Source of the DNA: an uncultured Bacteroidales bacterium
GTDB taxonomy: Bacteria; Bacteroidota; Bacteroidia; Bacteroidales; Bacteroidaceae
Direction: 5' to 3'
DNA: 64,000 nucleotides
Assembly (NCBI GenBank): GCA_902779085.1
Contig: CACYZY010000008.1
Span: 46,201-110,200, forward strand
Of this stretch, positions 19,248 through 28,804 are shown piece by piece. Made by a program: the position numbers and the translations under genes. The notes under the pieces were generated by a model, which was given only the letters and a program-made list of their open reading frames with translations, did not search any database and was not told the origin of the DNA. The first letter of the stretch is position 1. Each line of letters begins with the position of its first letter.

Positions 19248-21425
19248 ATGAAGAAAGTATTGTTAATATTGTTGGGTATTGGGTTCTTTGCTGCTTGCCA
19301 AACAAGAAGACAAACTGTAAATGAGCAGGAAACCTCTTACACACAGTATGTCGATCCATTTATTGGATCAGGCGGGCACGGACATGTATTTGTGGGAGCC
19401 AATGTCCCGTTCGGTTTCGTTCAGTTGGGCCCTTCCCAACTGACCCAAGGCTGGGACTGGTGCTCCGGTTATCACTATTCTGATTCAGTACTGGTGGGTT
19501 TCAGTCACCTTCATCTCAGTGGCACAGGTTGTGGTGATTTGGGTGATATAACTTTCCTGCCGCTGGCGAACAAAGAGCAGCGTACAGATAAGTTTACACA
19601 TGAACAGGAAATGGCAGAACCAGGCTACTATAGTGTACATACCCAGGAGGCGGATGTACAAGTAGAGCTAACGGCAACCACTCGTACTGGTTTCCATCGT
19701 TATTTCTATCCTGATAATAACGAGCAATTGTTATTGGTGAATCTTGATTATGGTATCAGTGGCGGCGATGTTACCCTTGGGGCAGCTATTCGTCAGCAAG
19801 GTGACCGAAGCATTGAGGGTTATCGTTTCTCAAAAGGGTGGGCTGTGAACCAACGTGTGTTTTTTGTGGCAGAGTTCAACAAACCTATCCGTAGTTTGGA
19901 ACAACCCGAAGACAACTTCAGCGTGTTGGCTTTCGAGGGTGGTAGTGAACCCCTGATGATGAAGGTGGGCATTTCTGCTGTGAGTGAGGCGAATGCTCGT
20001 CTGAATCTGCAGACTGAGAATCCAGGCTGGGATTTTGATGAGATATGCCTACAGGCCAATGCCTTGTGGGAAGAACAACTGAGCAAGATTAAGATTGATA
20101 CAGATGATGAAGTGGCCCGTACTATCTTCTATACCTCTCTATATCACACCATGATAGCTCCGTCTGTGTTCAACGATGTGAATGGTGACTATAGAGGTTC
20201 TGACGGTAAGGTGTATCAGCACGCCGATTTCATCAACTATACCACCTTCTCTTTGTGGGACACCTATCGTGCTGCCCATCCGTTGGCTACACTTATTCAT
20301 CCTGACAAACAGCGCGACTTTGCCCAGACTTTCCTGAAGATTTGCGAGCAGCAAGGGCGCTTGCCGGTTTGGCACCTGATGGGCAATGAAACCGATTGTA
20401 TGGTGGGTAATCCTGCCCTTCCTGTTTTAGCCGACATCGTTTTGAAAGGCTTCGATGTAGATGCTAAGGCAGCTTTGGAAGCGATGAAACAGACGGCAAT
20501 GGTAGATGGTCGTTCTATCGGCTTATTGAAGAAATATGGTTATATCCCATGGGATAAGGAACCTACCAACGAGACTGTAGCCAAGGCGATGGAATATGCA
20601 TTGGCAGACGATGCATTGGCCCGTGTGGCTAAGCAGTTGGGTGATGAGGAAGCCTATTCCTACTTCTATAATCGTGGCCAGTCATATAAGAAATACTTTG
20701 ATCCACAGACAGGTTTTGTGAGAGCCATTGATGTGAATGGCAAGTTCCGTGAGCCATTCGACCCCATCAAGGTGATCCATCGAGCTGATGATTATACAGA
20801 GGGCAATGCCTGGCAATACACCTGGTTGGTGCCTCACGATGTGAAAGGTCTTGTTGGTCTGTTTGGCAGTGAAGAAGCGTTTGTCACTAAACTGGATTCC
20901 CTGTTTGTGGTTGAAGGCGACTTGGGCGAGGAGGCATCACCAGATATCAGTGGTCTGATAGGACAATATGCACATGGCAACGAGCCCAGTCACCATACCA
21001 TTTATCTGTATAATTACGTTGGTCAGCCTTGGAAGACAGCTCAGCGCTTGCGTGAAGTGATGACTACCCTCTACAAAGCCGATCCTGATGGGTTGTGCGG
21101 CAACGAAGACGTAGGCCAGATGTCAGCTTGGTATATCCTCTCTTCTTTGGGATTGTATCAGGTAGAACCGGCAGGAGGTAAGTTCGTATTTGGTTCACCG
21201 TTGTTTGACAGTGCTGATGTGATGATGGGTGATAAGACATTAAGCATCATTGCCCACAATAACAGTGCTGAAAACATCTATATCCAGTCTGTTCGTTGGA
21301 ACGGGCAACCATACGATAAGTCGTATATCGATTTCAAGGATTTGCAGCAAGGTGGCACATTGGAGTTTGAGATGGGTGCCTATCCATCCGATACCTTTGG
21401 GGTAGCTCCAGAGAGCAGACCGTGA
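19248..21425 (+). CDS. GH92 alpha-1,2-mannosidase (lipoprotein)
   Basis: Lipobox FFAAC; VDPFIG, FSLWDTYRA, YTEGNAWQY, HGNEPSHH, GNEDVGQMSAW. Confidence 0.94.
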   Translation: MKKVLLILLGIGFFAACQTRRQTVNEQETSYTQYVDPFIGSGGHGHVFVGANVPFGFVQLGPSQLTQGWDWCSGYHYSDSVLVGFSHLHLSGTGCGDLGDITFLPLANKEQRTDKFTHEQEMAEPGYYSVHTQEADVQVELTATTRTGFHRYFYPDNNEQLLLVNLDYGISGGDVTLGAAIRQQGDRSIEGYRFSKGWAVNQRVFFVAEFNKPIRSLEQPEDNFSVLAFEGGSEPLMMKVGISAVSEANARLNLQTENPGWDFDEICLQANALWEEQLSKIKIDTDDEVARTIFYTSLYHTMIAPSVFNDVNGDYRGSDGKVYQHADFINYTTFSLWDTYRAAHPLATLIHPDKQRDFAQTFLKICEQQGRLPVWHLMGNETDCMVGNPALPVLADIVLKGFDVDAKAALEAMKQTAMVDGRSIGLLKKYGYIPWDKEPTNETVAKAMEYALADDALARVAKQLGDEEAYSYFYNRGQSYKKYFDPQTGFVRAIDVNGKFREPFDPIKVIHRADDYTEGNAWQYTWLVPHDVKGLVGLFGSEEAFVTKLDSLFVVEGDLGEEASPDISGLIGQYAHGNEPSHHTIYLYNYVGQPWKTAQRLREVMTTLYKADPDGLCGNEDVGQMSAWYILSSLGLYQVEPAGGKFVFGSPLFDSADVMMGDKTLSIIAHNNSAENIYIQSVRWNGQPYDKSYIDFKDLQQGGTLEFEMGAYPSDTFGVAPESRP

Positions 21426-21445
21426 TATGCTTCAGAAGCGAATTT

Positions 21446-21780
21446 AGTCTACTACGGGAGGACCGCCCGTCTTCCCGTAGTAGAGTGACCGTCCTCCCGT
21501 AGTAGAGCGTTATGCTATCCGTGGTTAATAAATAACCATCTTTGACTGCAGGGCTTCCTACTGGTAACCCCAGTATTTGCTATGGGGTGACTCTAATATC
21601 TTCTATGGGTTGCCACAATGCTTGCTATGGGTTGTCGCAAAGCCTTCTATCACTTGTCGCAATATCTCTTTTACCCCCATAGCAGATACTGCGACGAGTG
21701 ATGGAAGATACTGGAGAAGGCGATGGCAAGCCTTACCCTATGATATAGCAAGCCTTAGTCATAGAGATAGCAGCCGTTAA
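21446..21780. repeat. Degenerate 22-bp tandem/inverted repeat array (copy A)
   Basis: CTAY cores at 21558/21580/21603/21625/21647; inverted ATRG cores at 21679/21701/21723/21745/21767; CTACGGG/CCCGTAG at 21452/21474/21496. Confidence 0.85.
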
Positions 21781-21834
21781 TCATAGGGTTAGGGTACATT
21801 AGTCTATGATTTTCTGTTGCTATGAAAAATATAC

Positions 21835-22653
21835 TCAATCTTGAGTTGCTGTTCCTTCTACAACAGTAGGGGCTTCTTCTGGTGCTGCATCTTCGGCAAC
21901 ACTTGCAGGCTCTTCTTCTGAATGTACGGGATTCTCCTCTGTTATATCCTCAACACCGGCATTGAAATAATCTTCCAACTCTTGCTCGGCAGAATTGTTC
22001 TCATTCACAAGGTCACGGATAATCTTGCCATGCTCCATCAGGGCAATGCGTGAGCAGATATCTACCGTGTGGTTCAGGTTGTGAGAGGAAATGATGACGG
22101 TGGCGTTGTGCTCCTCGTGATACTTCTTCAGCAACTGCTTGATGACAGACTGTGAGGTAGGGTCGAGGAAGTTGAAAGGTTCATCCAATATTAGCAACTG
22201 GGGGTGATGGATCATGGCACTGATGATGCCCACCTTCTGCTTGTTGCCGGCAGAAAAGTTGCGGATGTACTTCTTCTGACCAATGACCTCACCATTCATG
22301 AAATGCTCAAATGGCTTGAGACGTTCGTCTATCTCCTGCTTGCTCAGTCCATAGACCTTGCCGATGAAATAAAAATACTCTTCTGGGGTGAGGTAGTCAA
22401 TCAGGAAACCATCGTCGATGAACTCTCCAGTAGTCTTCTTCCAGTCTTCACTCTTACTCACGTCAATACCGTCGATGGTAACATGGCCGTTGTCGGCCTG
22501 CAACAAATCCAGTATCAGGCGGAAAAGGGTGGTCTTGCCTGCTCCGTTGTTACCCACCAATCCCAGCATATCGCCTTGGTTAATCACATAGTTGTCTATA
22601 TCTACGGCTTTTGTCTCGCCAAACTGCTTCAACAAATTCTTTATCTCTATCAT
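21835..22653 (-). CDS. ABC transporter ATP-binding protein
   Basis: GNNGAGKTT, FSAGNKQK, LDEP, SSH motifs; acidic C-terminal tail. Confidence 0.93.
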   Translation of the reverse strand: MIEIKNLLKQFGETKAVDIDNYVINQGDMLGLVGNNGAGKTTLFRLILDLLQADNGHVTIDGIDVSKSEDWKKTTGEFIDDGFLIDYLTPEEYFYFIGKVYGLSKQEIDERLKPFEHFMNGEVIGQKKYIRNFSAGNKQKVGIISAMIHHPQLLILDEPFNFLDPTSQSVIKQLLKKYHEEHNATVIISSHNLNHTVDICSRIALMEHGKIIRDLVNENNSAEQELEDYFNAGVEDITEENPVHSEEEPASVAEDAAPEEAPTVVEGTATQD

Positions 22654-22659
22654 AATTCT

Positions 22660-24144
22660 TTATTTCTGTCTTGAGTCTCTAAATCCTTCCATATTGATAT
22701 ACCTGCGCTTCATAAAACGCTTGTACACATTCATAATCCAAAGATTGGAGGTAAGCATAAATGCGATGCCCACCGTCAGTACAATGATAGCCATCCACAT
22801 CTCTCCCATGATGCCTTTCAGTGCCAGTCCTAAAGTGATAGGTACACCGAACACCACCAGCGAGATGATGTTCTGCTTGCCCGAACCCATATAGTTGCGG
22901 TTGGTCATCTTTTCGTTCATCGGGATGGTGCGGTTGTTATAGACTGCCAGCTGGAAATAGCAGCAGAACACGGCACCACAGGTGAACAGCATCCATGCCA
23001 GACACGTCAGGAAGAGTACCTTGCCGGTGAATACGGCTGGCAACATGAACAGCAGGGGGATGAGCATGGCTACTGAATAGATGTAATACTTGGCTCTCAG
23101 CAATGTGTAGATACTTTCCTTACGGCTCATCAGTCCGTCGATATAGTTGCCCTCAAAGCTCATCAGCATACTGAGGAACATGGTGCCGAATATCACGAAA
23201 TTGTAGATGACGAGGAAGTCTTGGAACGAGCCTTCATACACATCAGAAAAGCTAATCAGCAGTGAGAATACAATCACCAATACGGAGATGGATATGAGTT
23301 GCTGACGACTCACCTTGTTGCGTGTCAGCATCTTCAGTTCCAATCGCATATACTCGCCAATCTCTCCAAAACGGTCGAAGAACTTGTATTCGCTGACATG
23401 TTTTACCTTCGTATCAGCCACCTTGTTCATCTCGTCATACATCAGTTTGCCAATCAGCCAACGGTTGATAAAGAACAATATAGCAATCAGGGCCAATAGT
23501 CCGATGAAGGTAAAGATATTGCCTTGTATCAGTCCTTCGCCTACCTCCAGGTGGAAATTATACAAAGGATCGAAATCAGCAAAAGCCAGACCAATAATAC
23601 AGCCCCAGAAAGCTACGGGCAACAGGAACCACCAGAACTTCTCACCTAGCAACAATTTGCAAAGCTGGTACCAGTAGTTGTTGGCTACAGCGATGAGCCA
23701 GATGCCAAAACAGTAGGTGATGACACCCCAAATGCCATAGTACTTGGTGACGGTAAGGATGGCGAATGGCACGAAGAAGAACAGCCAGAAGAGGTTGAAA
23801 CTGTTCAGTGCTGAGCGTACCAGCAACACATCGATTAGACTGCTGCGTTTGACGGGCAACAGTATGTAGGGCTTTATCTCCTGTGTAGGGAGCTTTTGAA
23901 AGCCGAATCGCATCAGGAAGTCGATAGCAAAGAAGATGAACAGGCCAGAGTTGATATAATGGTAGGCCTCTTTCGCTCCGTCATCCATGATGAAGGCGAA
24001 CATCACACCAAACAAGATGAGGTAGCACACGTAGAAAGCCGCTGCCAGGTAGATAAAGAACTGGGCTACCTGGCTCTGCTCATAAAACGGACTGCGCTTA
24101 TTGCTCAGCTTGTCGTGACGTCGTAATTCAAGAAATAAATTCAT
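22660..24144 (-). CDS. DUF5687-family multi-pass membrane protein (probable ABC permease)
   Basis: Many hydrophobic helices; MSFEGNYIDGLMSRKESI and GEYMRLELK motifs; directly upstream of the ABC ATPase. Confidence 0.72.
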   Translation of the reverse strand: MNLFLELRRHDKLSNKRSPFYEQSQVAQFFIYLAAAFYVCYLILFGVMFAFIMDDGAKEAYHYINSGLFIFFAIDFLMRFGFQKLPTQEIKPYILLPVKRSSLIDVLLVRSALNSFNLFWLFFFVPFAILTVTKYYGIWGVITYCFGIWLIAVANNYWYQLCKLLLGEKFWWFLLPVAFWGCIIGLAFADFDPLYNFHLEVGEGLIQGNIFTFIGLLALIAILFFINRWLIGKLMYDEMNKVADTKVKHVSEYKFFDRFGEIGEYMRLELKMLTRNKVSRQQLISISVLVIVFSLLISFSDVYEGSFQDFLVIYNFVIFGTMFLSMLMSFEGNYIDGLMSRKESIYTLLRAKYYIYSVAMLIPLLFMLPAVFTGKVLFLTCLAWMLFTCGAVFCCYFQLAVYNNRTIPMNEKMTNRNYMGSGKQNIISLVVFGVPITLGLALKGIMGEMWMAIIVLTVGIAFMLTSNLWIMNVYKRFMKRRYINMEGFRDSRQK

Positions 24145-24149
24145 AACAA

Positions 24150-26990
24150 TTATTTGTCAGTTGTCAACACCACCGTTACTTTGTTGCCTTGCTTGATAAG
24201 GTCTGTGGCGAATGCTTTGACATCATCAGCGGTTACACTGTTTACCGTGTTCAGGTAATCAGCGTTGAAGTCAATGCCGGTGTAGTAATATTCATCCAAG
24301 GAGCTTATCCAGTAGCTATTCTCTTTTTGGTTGTCGTTATACTGCTTCACCATGTAGTCACGCACCTTCTGCATCTGTTCGGGTGTAGGACCTTCAGCCG
24401 CCATTTTCTTCACCAACTCATCAATCAGGGTATTCAACTTTTCCTTCTTCGTTGGATCGGTCTGATACACAATCTGCATCATGGCTTCCTCGTGAGGATA
24501 TTTGTTGAGCGAACCGTAAGAACTAACGCCATAGGTGCCACCTTCTTTCTCACGCACCTCATCGGTGAATACCATATCGAGTGCTTGTGTCAAGAAGTCC
24601 ATCAGCACATTGTTGCGTAGGTTGTAGTTCTCCTTGCCAGAATAAACCATGATGGTGGTAGCCATTGGTGTCTGCATCTCCTTGGCATATTCCTTGACAC
24701 GGGTGCCAGGCAGGATATCCATCTTCCTGTCGATAGCAGCCTCTTTGCGCTGCTTGTCAGGCAGTGCACCCAGGTACTGGGCAATCAGTGGCTTCACGGC
24801 ATCCACATCAATGTTGCCGACGAAGAAGAAAGTAAAGTCGCTGGCGTCAGCAAAACGATCGGCAAACATGTCCAAGCCACGCTGGTAGTCAATCTGCTCC
24901 ACCATCTCGGGTTGCATCATTACTAAGCGTGGGTGATGTCCATACATAGCTACGCTAATGGTATCGTTGATGGTGGACAATGGGTTGGCTTTAGCATTTT
25001 CCAACTGTGCTTTTGTACGTGTCTTGAAAGATTCAAAAGCGTCTGCATCCATGCGAGGTGCCTGGAAGCGCAGATAAACCAGTTGCAACATGGTTTCAAA
25101 GTCTTTTGGTGAACTGTTGCCACCCAGGGTCTCACGTTGTGAGGTGATAGAGGCACTGAGTGACACTTTCTTGCCTGCCAGTTGCTTGGTCAGCTCTGTC
25201 TGACTGAAATTACCCAAACCGCCAATGGTACCCAGGTCATCCAATACCTCCATCTCCAGCTTGTCCTTGTTGTCAAACTGGGTTGTACCACCAGGACTCA
25301 CGGCACGCATACGTATCTCATCTTCCTTGAAGTCGGTTTTCTTGATATAGACTTGTACGCCGTTGTTCAACGTCAGTTTGGTCGATCCATAAACGCCAGC
25401 TTCTTCTTTGACAATCTTGCCTGTTGCAGGGATGTCGCTCACCAGTGGCTCGTCAGACACGTTATCAACGTATGCCTCTACTTGCAGTTGATTCATGCCA
25501 TTCAGCATGTTCAGTACCTGCTCCTTAGTAGGACATTTATCTACAGCCGACTCAGGTACAGCAATAAATACCACGCGATTATTGTCAGGTATCAACTGTT
25601 GCTGAACAAGGGCATTGATAGCTTCAACTGGTATATTGGGAGCTATTTGCTGCATGATGCTGTATTCCTGTTCAATACCTGGAATAGGCTCATTGTTGAG
25701 GAAATGTTGCACATATTCGTTTACGAAGTTAGCATTCTGGGTGTTGTTACGTTCCTTATAAGCAGATTCCAAGCGCTGCAAATAGTTGGCACGTGCACGT
25801 TCATATTCCGATGCGGTGAAGCCAAAGCGCTTCATGCGCTCAATCTCCGTCAGCGCGGCCTGCAAGCCTGCCTCGATGCCATCAGCCTTGGTAATCACTG
25901 TCACATTGAATGCTTCCTTGGTCTTGCTCAGGAAATAGTCACCATAATCAGATCCAGCACCGTTGAAAGGGGGATTGGCCTGCTGCGTCATTTCCTCGAA
26001 GCGTTCGTCGAGCATGCTGCTTGCCATCGACAGCATGTAGTTCTGCATCAGATACATCATGCTTTCTTTCTCCTGATTGGTGGTGGCGTCATGCTTGAAG
26101 AATATCTGCACATTAGGGGTGCTCACTTCTTTGTCATTACCTATATATATTATAGGTGCATCATTATCTGATACGGGGTAATAGATACGCTCGGGCTTGC
26201 CAACCGCCTTGGGAATCTCGCTGAACAATGCCTTTACCTTACCTTCCATCTCATCAACATTAATGTCACCAACAATGATGATGCCCTGCAGGTCGGGATG
26301 ATACCACAGGTTGTAATAGTCGCGCAGGTCTTGGTAGGGGAAATTGTTCACCACATCGATGTTGCCGATAGGCATACAGTCAGCATATTTTGAGCCAGGA
26401 TACATGGTCTCTTGTGCGTCGGTATAAACACGCAACAGTCCGCTGTTACGGCTTCGCCATTCTTCGCGGATCACACCACGCTCCTTGTCTATCTCCTCAT
26501 CTTCCAGCAACACATAGTTGCTCCAGTCGTGCAGAATCAGCAGGCAGGAATCCAGTACAGCAGTATTGTCGGTAGGTACATTGCTGATGTTATACACTGT
26601 CTCGTCCACGCTGGTATAAGCGTTGAGGTTAGTGCCAAACTTGATGGCATGGCTCTCACACCAATCCACGATGCCCTTGCCCTTCTCATTGCCTGGGAAA
26701 TTTTTCGTTCCATTAAAGGCCATGTGTTCCAGAAAGTGTGCCAAACCACGCTGGCGGGGTTCCTCTTGGATGGAACCCACTTTCTGGGCGATATAGAATT
26801 CTACTCGGTTTTCGGGTTTCTCATTATGACGGATATAATACGTCAGGCCATTGTCTAAATGACCAATTCTAACTGACGGATCCACAGGGATAGGAGGTAA
26901 TTGCATCTCCTGACCATTAACCGTAAACCATTGGCCGCTAAGTACAATCAATGCTACGGCCCCAAACATTATTCTCAAGAACCTTTTCAT
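24150..26990 (-). CDS. M16 family zinc peptidase (PqqL-like)
   Basis: Inverted zincin motif HFLEHMAFNG, LNAYTS, ERGVIREE; start taken at ATG 26990 (MKRFLRIM). Confidence 0.92.
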   Translation of the reverse strand: MKRFLRIMFGAVALIVLSGQWFTVNGQEMQLPPIPVDPSVRIGHLDNGLTYYIRHNEKPENRVEFYIAQKVGSIQEEPRQRGLAHFLEHMAFNGTKNFPGNEKGKGIVDWCESHAIKFGTNLNAYTSVDETVYNISNVPTDNTAVLDSCLLILHDWSNYVLLEDEEIDKERGVIREEWRSRNSGLLRVYTDAQETMYPGSKYADCMPIGNIDVVNNFPYQDLRDYYNLWYHPDLQGIIIVGDINVDEMEGKVKALFSEIPKAVGKPERIYYPVSDNDAPIIYIGNDKEVSTPNVQIFFKHDATTNQEKESMMYLMQNYMLSMASSMLDERFEEMTQQANPPFNGAGSDYGDYFLSKTKEAFNVTVITKADGIEAGLQAALTEIERMKRFGFTASEYERARANYLQRLESAYKERNNTQNANFVNEYVQHFLNNEPIPGIEQEYSIMQQIAPNIPVEAINALVQQQLIPDNNRVVFIAVPESAVDKCPTKEQVLNMLNGMNQLQVEAYVDNVSDEPLVSDIPATGKIVKEEAGVYGSTKLTLNNGVQVYIKKTDFKEDEIRMRAVSPGGTTQFDNKDKLEMEVLDDLGTIGGLGNFSQTELTKQLAGKKVSLSASITSQRETLGGNSSPKDFETMLQLVYLRFQAPRMDADAFESFKTRTKAQLENAKANPLSTINDTISVAMYGHHPRLVMMQPEMVEQIDYQRGLDMFADRFADASDFTFFFVGNIDVDAVKPLIAQYLGALPDKQRKEAAIDRKMDILPGTRVKEYAKEMQTPMATTIMVYSGKENYNLRNNVLMDFLTQALDMVFTDEVREKEGGTYGVSSYGSLNKYPHEEAMMQIVYQTDPTKKEKLNTLIDELVKKMAAEGPTPEQMQKVRDYMVKQYNDNQKENSYWISSLDEYYYTGIDFNADYLNTVNSVTADDVKAFATDLIKQGNKVTVVLTTDK

Positions 26991-27004
26991 AGTTATTATA
27001 ATAA

Positions 27005-27805
27005 TCAATTTTGTAACGCTTCTCTAATTCTTACTAATCGGGTCAATAAATCTTCTAAATATTCCAACTTCAGCATGTTGGCGCCATCACTCTTTGCTAC
27101 AGAAGGGTCTTCATGTGTCTCGATGAAAAGGCCGTCAGCGCCAACGGCGATACCTGCTTTAGCAATGGTGCTGATGAGTTGGGGCATACCACCTGTCACG
27201 CCACCAACTTGGTTGGGCTGCTGTAGAGAATGTGTACAATCCAATATCACAGGGAAACCAAAAGTCTGCATCTCAGGGATGCTACGAAAATCTACCACTA
27301 AGTCCTGATAGCCAAAAGTCGTACCTCGCTCCGTCAGCATCACATTCGGATTGCCTGTTTCCACTACTTTCTGCGCAGCAAACTGCATTGCCTGTGGCGA
27401 AAGGAATTGTCCTTTCTTAATATTTACAATCTTGCCAGTCTGTGCAGCTGCTACCAATAGGGTAGTCTGCCTGCATAAGAAGGCAGGTATTTGCAAAATG
27501 TCTACATATTCGGCTGCCATTTCTGCCTCGGGCTCGGTATGGATGTCAGTTACGACAGGAATGCCAAAAGTATCCTTCACCTTGCGAAGAATCTTTAATG
27601 CCTTCTCGTCGCCTATACCAGTAAACGAGTCGAGTCTACTTCTGTTTGCCTTGCGATAACTACCCTTAAAGGCGTAGGGTATCTGCAACTTTTCTGTAAA
27701 GCCCACTACCTTTTCCGCTATACGCATCGCCATGTCCTCACCTTCTATCACACATGGTCCTGCTAACAGAAAGAAATTCTTATGATTCTTCAACATGTTA
27801 TTCAT
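27005..27805 (-). CDS. kdsA: KDO-8-phosphate synthase
   Basis: AGPCVIE, KANRSR, QIPAFLCRQT, KKGQF, DCTHSLQQP. Confidence 0.97.
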   Translation of the reverse strand: MNNMLKNHKNFFLLAGPCVIEGEDMAMRIAEKVVGFTEKLQIPYAFKGSYRKANRSRLDSFTGIGDEKALKILRKVKDTFGIPVVTDIHTEPEAEMAAEYVDILQIPAFLCRQTTLLVAAAQTGKIVNIKKGQFLSPQAMQFAAQKVVETGNPNVMLTERGTTFGYQDLVVDFRSIPEMQTFGFPVILDCTHSLQQPNQVGGVTGGMPQLISTIAKAGIAVGADGLFIETHEDPSVAKSDGANMLKLEYLEDLLTRLVRIREALQN

Positions 27806-28730
27806 CTTTATTCAATAATTCAATTACTTCATTTACTCTTTCCTCCATTGGCAGTGTAGCCTCTATCCAATGAATCTGTATCCCACGGCGCTCCATTCCC
27901 CTGAACCAAGTCATCTGTCGCTTAGCAAACTGATGGATGGCTATCTCCAATTGGCTTACCATTTCGTCATAGGAGAGCTGTCCTGTGACATAGAGCGTCA
28001 GATACTTATATTCCAACCCGTAATATATCAGGTCTTCGGCTGGAATACCCTCTGCCAACAGGTTTCTCACTTCTTCCACCATACCTTCATCCAAGCGTTG
28101 GCGTAGTCTTCTCGATATCTTTTCCCTACGCAACTCACGATCTATGCTTACGCCGATCACCAACGGATGGAACAACGGTTGGTTGCCTTCTGCCGTAGGA
28201 TTGATTCCATGCTTAACGTAATACTCCTCAATTTCAATCGCACGGATAGCTCGTTTGGAAGTATTTGTATCGGTAGTGTTGTGCAAGGTTTTATATGTTT
28301 GCAGTATCTTAGTTAATTCCTCTAATGACTTACCTTCCAGTTGTTGGCGCAACTCTTTGTTCTCTGGTACGTCAGCCATTTGATAACCTCGCAATACCGA
28401 CTCTACATACAGTCCTGAACCTCCGCAAACGATAGGCAACTTACCTTTATTGACTATGCTTTTATATGCCAGCATGAAATCCTGTTGGAACTGATATACA
28501 TTGTATTTTGTTCCTGGTTCGGCAATGTCTATCAGATGATAGGAAATCTGCTTTCCTTCCACCAAATAGTCGGCCAGGTCCTTGCCAGTACCAAGGTCCA
28601 TACGACGATACACCTGACGAGAATCGGCGCTGATAATCTCTGTGTCTAGCTTTGCTGCCAAATGTGCAGCCAATGTGGTCTTCCCACTGGCTGTAGGCCC
28701 CAATATGGCTATTAAGTCATATTTTTTCAT
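27798..28730 (-). CDS. miaA: tRNA dimethylallyltransferase
   Basis: GPTASGKT, DSRQVY, GGSGLY, FAKRQMTWF. Confidence 0.96.
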   Translation of the reverse strand: MKKYDLIAILGPTASGKTTLAAHLAAKLDTEIISADSRQVYRRMDLGTGKDLADYLVEGKQISYHLIDIAEPGTKYNVYQFQQDFMLAYKSIVNKGKLPIVCGGSGLYVESVLRGYQMADVPENKELRQQLEGKSLEELTKILQTYKTLHNTTDTNTSKRAIRAIEIEEYYVKHGINPTAEGNQPLFHPLVIGVSIDRELRREKISRRLRQRLDEGMVEEVRNLLAEGIPAEDLIYYGLEYKYLTLYVTGQLSYDEMVSQLEIAIHQFAKRQMTWFRGMERRGIQIHWIEATLPMEERVNEVIELLNKDE

Positions 28731-28734
28731 GATG

Positions 28735-28769
28735 CAAAGATAGTGTTTTTATTTTTATACTTATCTTTG
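28735..28769. promoter_or_regulatory. Back-to-back -7 elements for miaA (-) and the S9 peptidase (+)
   Basis: CAAAGATA at 28735-28742 and TATCTTTG at 28762-28769. Confidence 0.6.
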
Positions 28770-28804
28770 CATTCATATTATTATTAATACAAATACTAAT
28801 TACA

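Noticed and set aside
21446-21780. CRISPR interpretation of the 22-bp arrays
   Set aside because: Units are contiguous, degenerate and partly inverted, with no constant repeat/unique spacer alternation and no cas genes.
21577-21780. 67-aa ORF inside repeat array A
   Set aside because: TTG start, the 22-bp period is out of frame with codons, and the equivalent frame is not preserved in array B.
25182-26171. 329-aa + strand ORF
   Set aside because: Lies entirely antisense to the M16 peptidase and has no recognisable motifs; a typical codon-bias shadow ORF.
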